Virus record (IMG/VR): IMGVR_UViG_3300037785_000033 | Span: 1-36,208 of that record | Reading direction: 5' to 3' (one strand) | Length of the DNA stretch: 36,208 bases | Source: a virus | Taxonomy: Duplodnaviria; Caudoviricetes | Shown: in pieces, positions 34,499 through 36,208 of the stretch | How the letters are laid out: every line of letters begins with the position of its first letter | Position numbering within the stretch: position 1 is the first letter of the stretch | Notes under the pieces: generated by a model | What the model was told of the DNA's origin: nothing | Database searches by the model: none | What the model saw: only the letters and a program-made list of their open reading frames with translations | Made by a program: the position numbers and the translations under genes

Positions 34499-35923
34499 CT
34501 AATTATTTAACAAAGGAACAGGCATGTCTTGTTCTGCCTGCTCTAAAATTTCCTCGGCGTCACCTTTAAGGAATCCGCCATCAATCAATTTCTGAATGGC
34601 CGCAAGCTTGCTAATCAAGCCGTCAAGGTACAGCTCTCGTATTGCTTTTATTTCCTCGGTGGTGAGCTTGGTATCGACAAACTCGCGATTTACACTGAAT
34701 TCAAAATCGGCATTTACGCCTTCAAAAATCATGGCGTATCGAATAAGCCGGCTGAAACACTCGTCTAGATTATTCGCCAGAAGATTCAGCTCAGCCAGCT
34801 CCTCGGCTGATTCTTGCCGTACTTCGGTGGCTGTTTTCTCGCGATCAGTAGCGCCATAATTTCCGCCGATTGCTTGAACTTGGCGGGTATTTTCCTCCAA
34901 GTATTTAAAATGGGCATCGCCGTCGGCCTGCATTTTGAGAATATCGATCTCTACGCCGTCCGGCATAAAATTGTGTACACCGGCACCCATGGCGAAATAA
35001 TCTCGGCCATTGATTGTCTCGAATTCTTCCTTTTTTGCTTCGGACCAGCCAGAGCTGTAGGAAGTATCCTGCATGATTCGAAGCTTTTCTTTTAAATCAG
35101 CCGACACTTGGTAGCGGTGATGTGCCTTATAAACAAGCGGCGCGATGTATCCGGTTTTAATCGGGAGGCAGCCAGGCCTGTGTCGATCTGCCGTAATAAT
35201 TTCCATGGGAATAAACGGCAAAGGCCTGCCGTTGACCGTGGGCCTGATTTCTTCGCTTCGATCTACGTCCTCGTCATGGTAAACGGTGATCTTCTGGCGA
35301 TACCCTTCGCTGTCAAGCATCAGCTCGAGTACAGTGGTTTGCAGATATCGAGTATCTTCAAAATGACAGTTATCAGAGGTTACAAGCTTTGCATAAACCA
35401 GCTGCATGCGGTCATTCACTTTCTCGAAAGACCAATCGCGAAGCTGCTCACGGAGATAGTGCTTGAATGAGGCCCGAAGCTTCAAATTTTCTTTTTGCTC
35501 GCGCGAAATATCTTTCAGATTTTCTGGCAAGCGAGTGTATTCACACAAAACAATATGGTAATTCACCGCCAGAGCATTCGAAGCGCTGAGCTCCACTGCC
35601 TCATTAAGAGACATTCCATCGCCATCTGAATCGTCAATTAAATATTGAATCTGGGCGGGAATCTCAACTTTCGGCTTATTCCGATTAAGCCGGCCCAGCA
35701 TTGACTCGAGTGTACGAGCCGGAAAATCTTCAACTTCGCCACCCATCAGATAATCCTGATAACGCTGGCTCTGGCCAGGATCGCTTTTCTGCGCTGTATT
35801 CGGGTGCGGTAGGTAAGTAGTTCCGTGACGCTTTACCGCTGGCTCGCCTTCGAGAAAATCGCGCACCTTTTTAACATCAGGCAACGCGATACTATAATTT
35901 TCGTGTTCGTAAATTTCTGGCAT
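34499..35923 (-). CDS. Portal protein (DUF4055-like)
   Basis: 474 aa; G...VKRHGTTYLPHP, HHRYQVSAD, EKTATE, NREF. Confidence 0.88.
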   Translation of the reverse strand: MPEIYEHENYSIALPDVKKVRDFLEGEPAVKRHGTTYLPHPNTAQKSDPGQSQRYQDYLMGGEVEDFPARTLESMLGRLNRNKPKVEIPAQIQYLIDDSDGDGMSLNEAVELSASNALAVNYHIVLCEYTRLPENLKDISREQKENLKLRASFKHYLREQLRDWSFEKVNDRMQLVYAKLVTSDNCHFEDTRYLQTTVLELMLDSEGYRQKITVYHDEDVDRSEEIRPTVNGRPLPFIPMEIITADRHRPGCLPIKTGYIAPLVYKAHHRYQVSADLKEKLRIMQDTSYSSGWSEAKKEEFETINGRDYFAMGAGVHNFMPDGVEIDILKMQADGDAHFKYLEENTRQVQAIGGNYGATDREKTATEVRQESAEELAELNLLANNLDECFSRLIRYAMIFEGVNADFEFSVNREFVDTKLTTEEIKAIRELYLDGLISKLAAIQKLIDGGFLKGDAEEILEQAEQDMPVPLLNN

Positions 35924-35955
35924 TGGTCAACCTCGGCGGTAATATGCGGATTCTA

Positions 35956-36081
35956 TCACAAGCCGGCTTTACGAAAAGCCGCGTCTGTGGAGTCCAGTGC
36001 GCGGAGCTGATCGAGCGTTAATGGCGTCCCGCGCATATCGGTAAATTTATCGACGGATAGCCCGCCATCCAAAAATAATTT
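35956..36081 (-). CDS. Minor head protein (gp7/gpF family), C-terminal part continuing from base 1
   Basis: In frame across the junction: KLFLDGGLSVDKFTDMRGTPLTLDQLRALDSTDAAFRKAGL, then TGA at 35958-35956. Confidence 0.88.
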   Translation of the reverse strand, partial: KLFLDGGLSVDKFTDMRGTPLTLDQLRALDSTDAAFRKAGL

Positions 36082-36208
36082 TGCTCGCTGCTTGCCCAGC
36101 GCTTCCTCGACGAACCAGCGCGGCTGATTGCGTAAAAATTCATTCGGCGTTGTATCTGCATCAATGGTTTTCGGCTTCGCGCCATTCGATGACCGCCTGC
36201 CAGTAAAA

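Larger units (their letters stand above)
1..36081. mobile_element. Complete circular tailed dsDNA phage genome (siphovirus-type, GTA-like tail tip)
   Basis: Full set of packaging, head, tail, lysis and replication genes. The ends overlap by 127 bp, and the minor head gene reads in frame across the junction. Confidence 0.95.

Noticed and set aside
36082-36208. 127-bp terminal direct repeat as a biological genome terminus
   Set aside because: It falls in the middle of the minor head gene and equals a common assembler k-mer length, so it is best explained as a circular overlap.

Overview
The window is a complete, circularly assembled genome of a tailed dsDNA siphovirus-type phage: about 36,081 bp unique, with bases 1-127 repeated at 36082-36208, most likely an assembly overlap. 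The SSB sequence and two-component spanins suggest a Gram-negative, probably gammaproteobacterial, host. Minus strand: ParB-N protein, Mom-like DNA-modifying enzyme, TerS, TerL, minor head protein (spanning the contig ends), portal, scaffold, major capsid, neck and tail genes, a GTA-like tail tip, tail fibre and lysis cassette, plus a replication block (HTH, SF2 helicase, VRR-NUC, primase-polymerase/VapE helicase, iteron origin). Plus strand: exonuclease, SSB, C5 and N6/N4 DNA methyltransferases, HNH endonuclease and small accessory genes. I found no integrase or standalone replicative DNA polymerase. Most notable: (1) a 69-nt D-armless tRNA-Gly-like element (G1-C72/C2-G71/G3-C70, U73, encoded CCA, ACC anticodon, irregular T-stem) inside the 3' end of the mom-like gene, possibly a private glycyl donor for adenine hypermodification; (2) a KpsC/KpsS-like glycosyltransferase and a SAM methyltransferase inside the capsid operon, suggesting virion glycosylation; (3) a dual-frame C5 methyltransferase whose two overlapping frames are both broken by one extra base, most plausibly in a G7 run. 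All family calls come from motif recognition by eye; no database searches were run.
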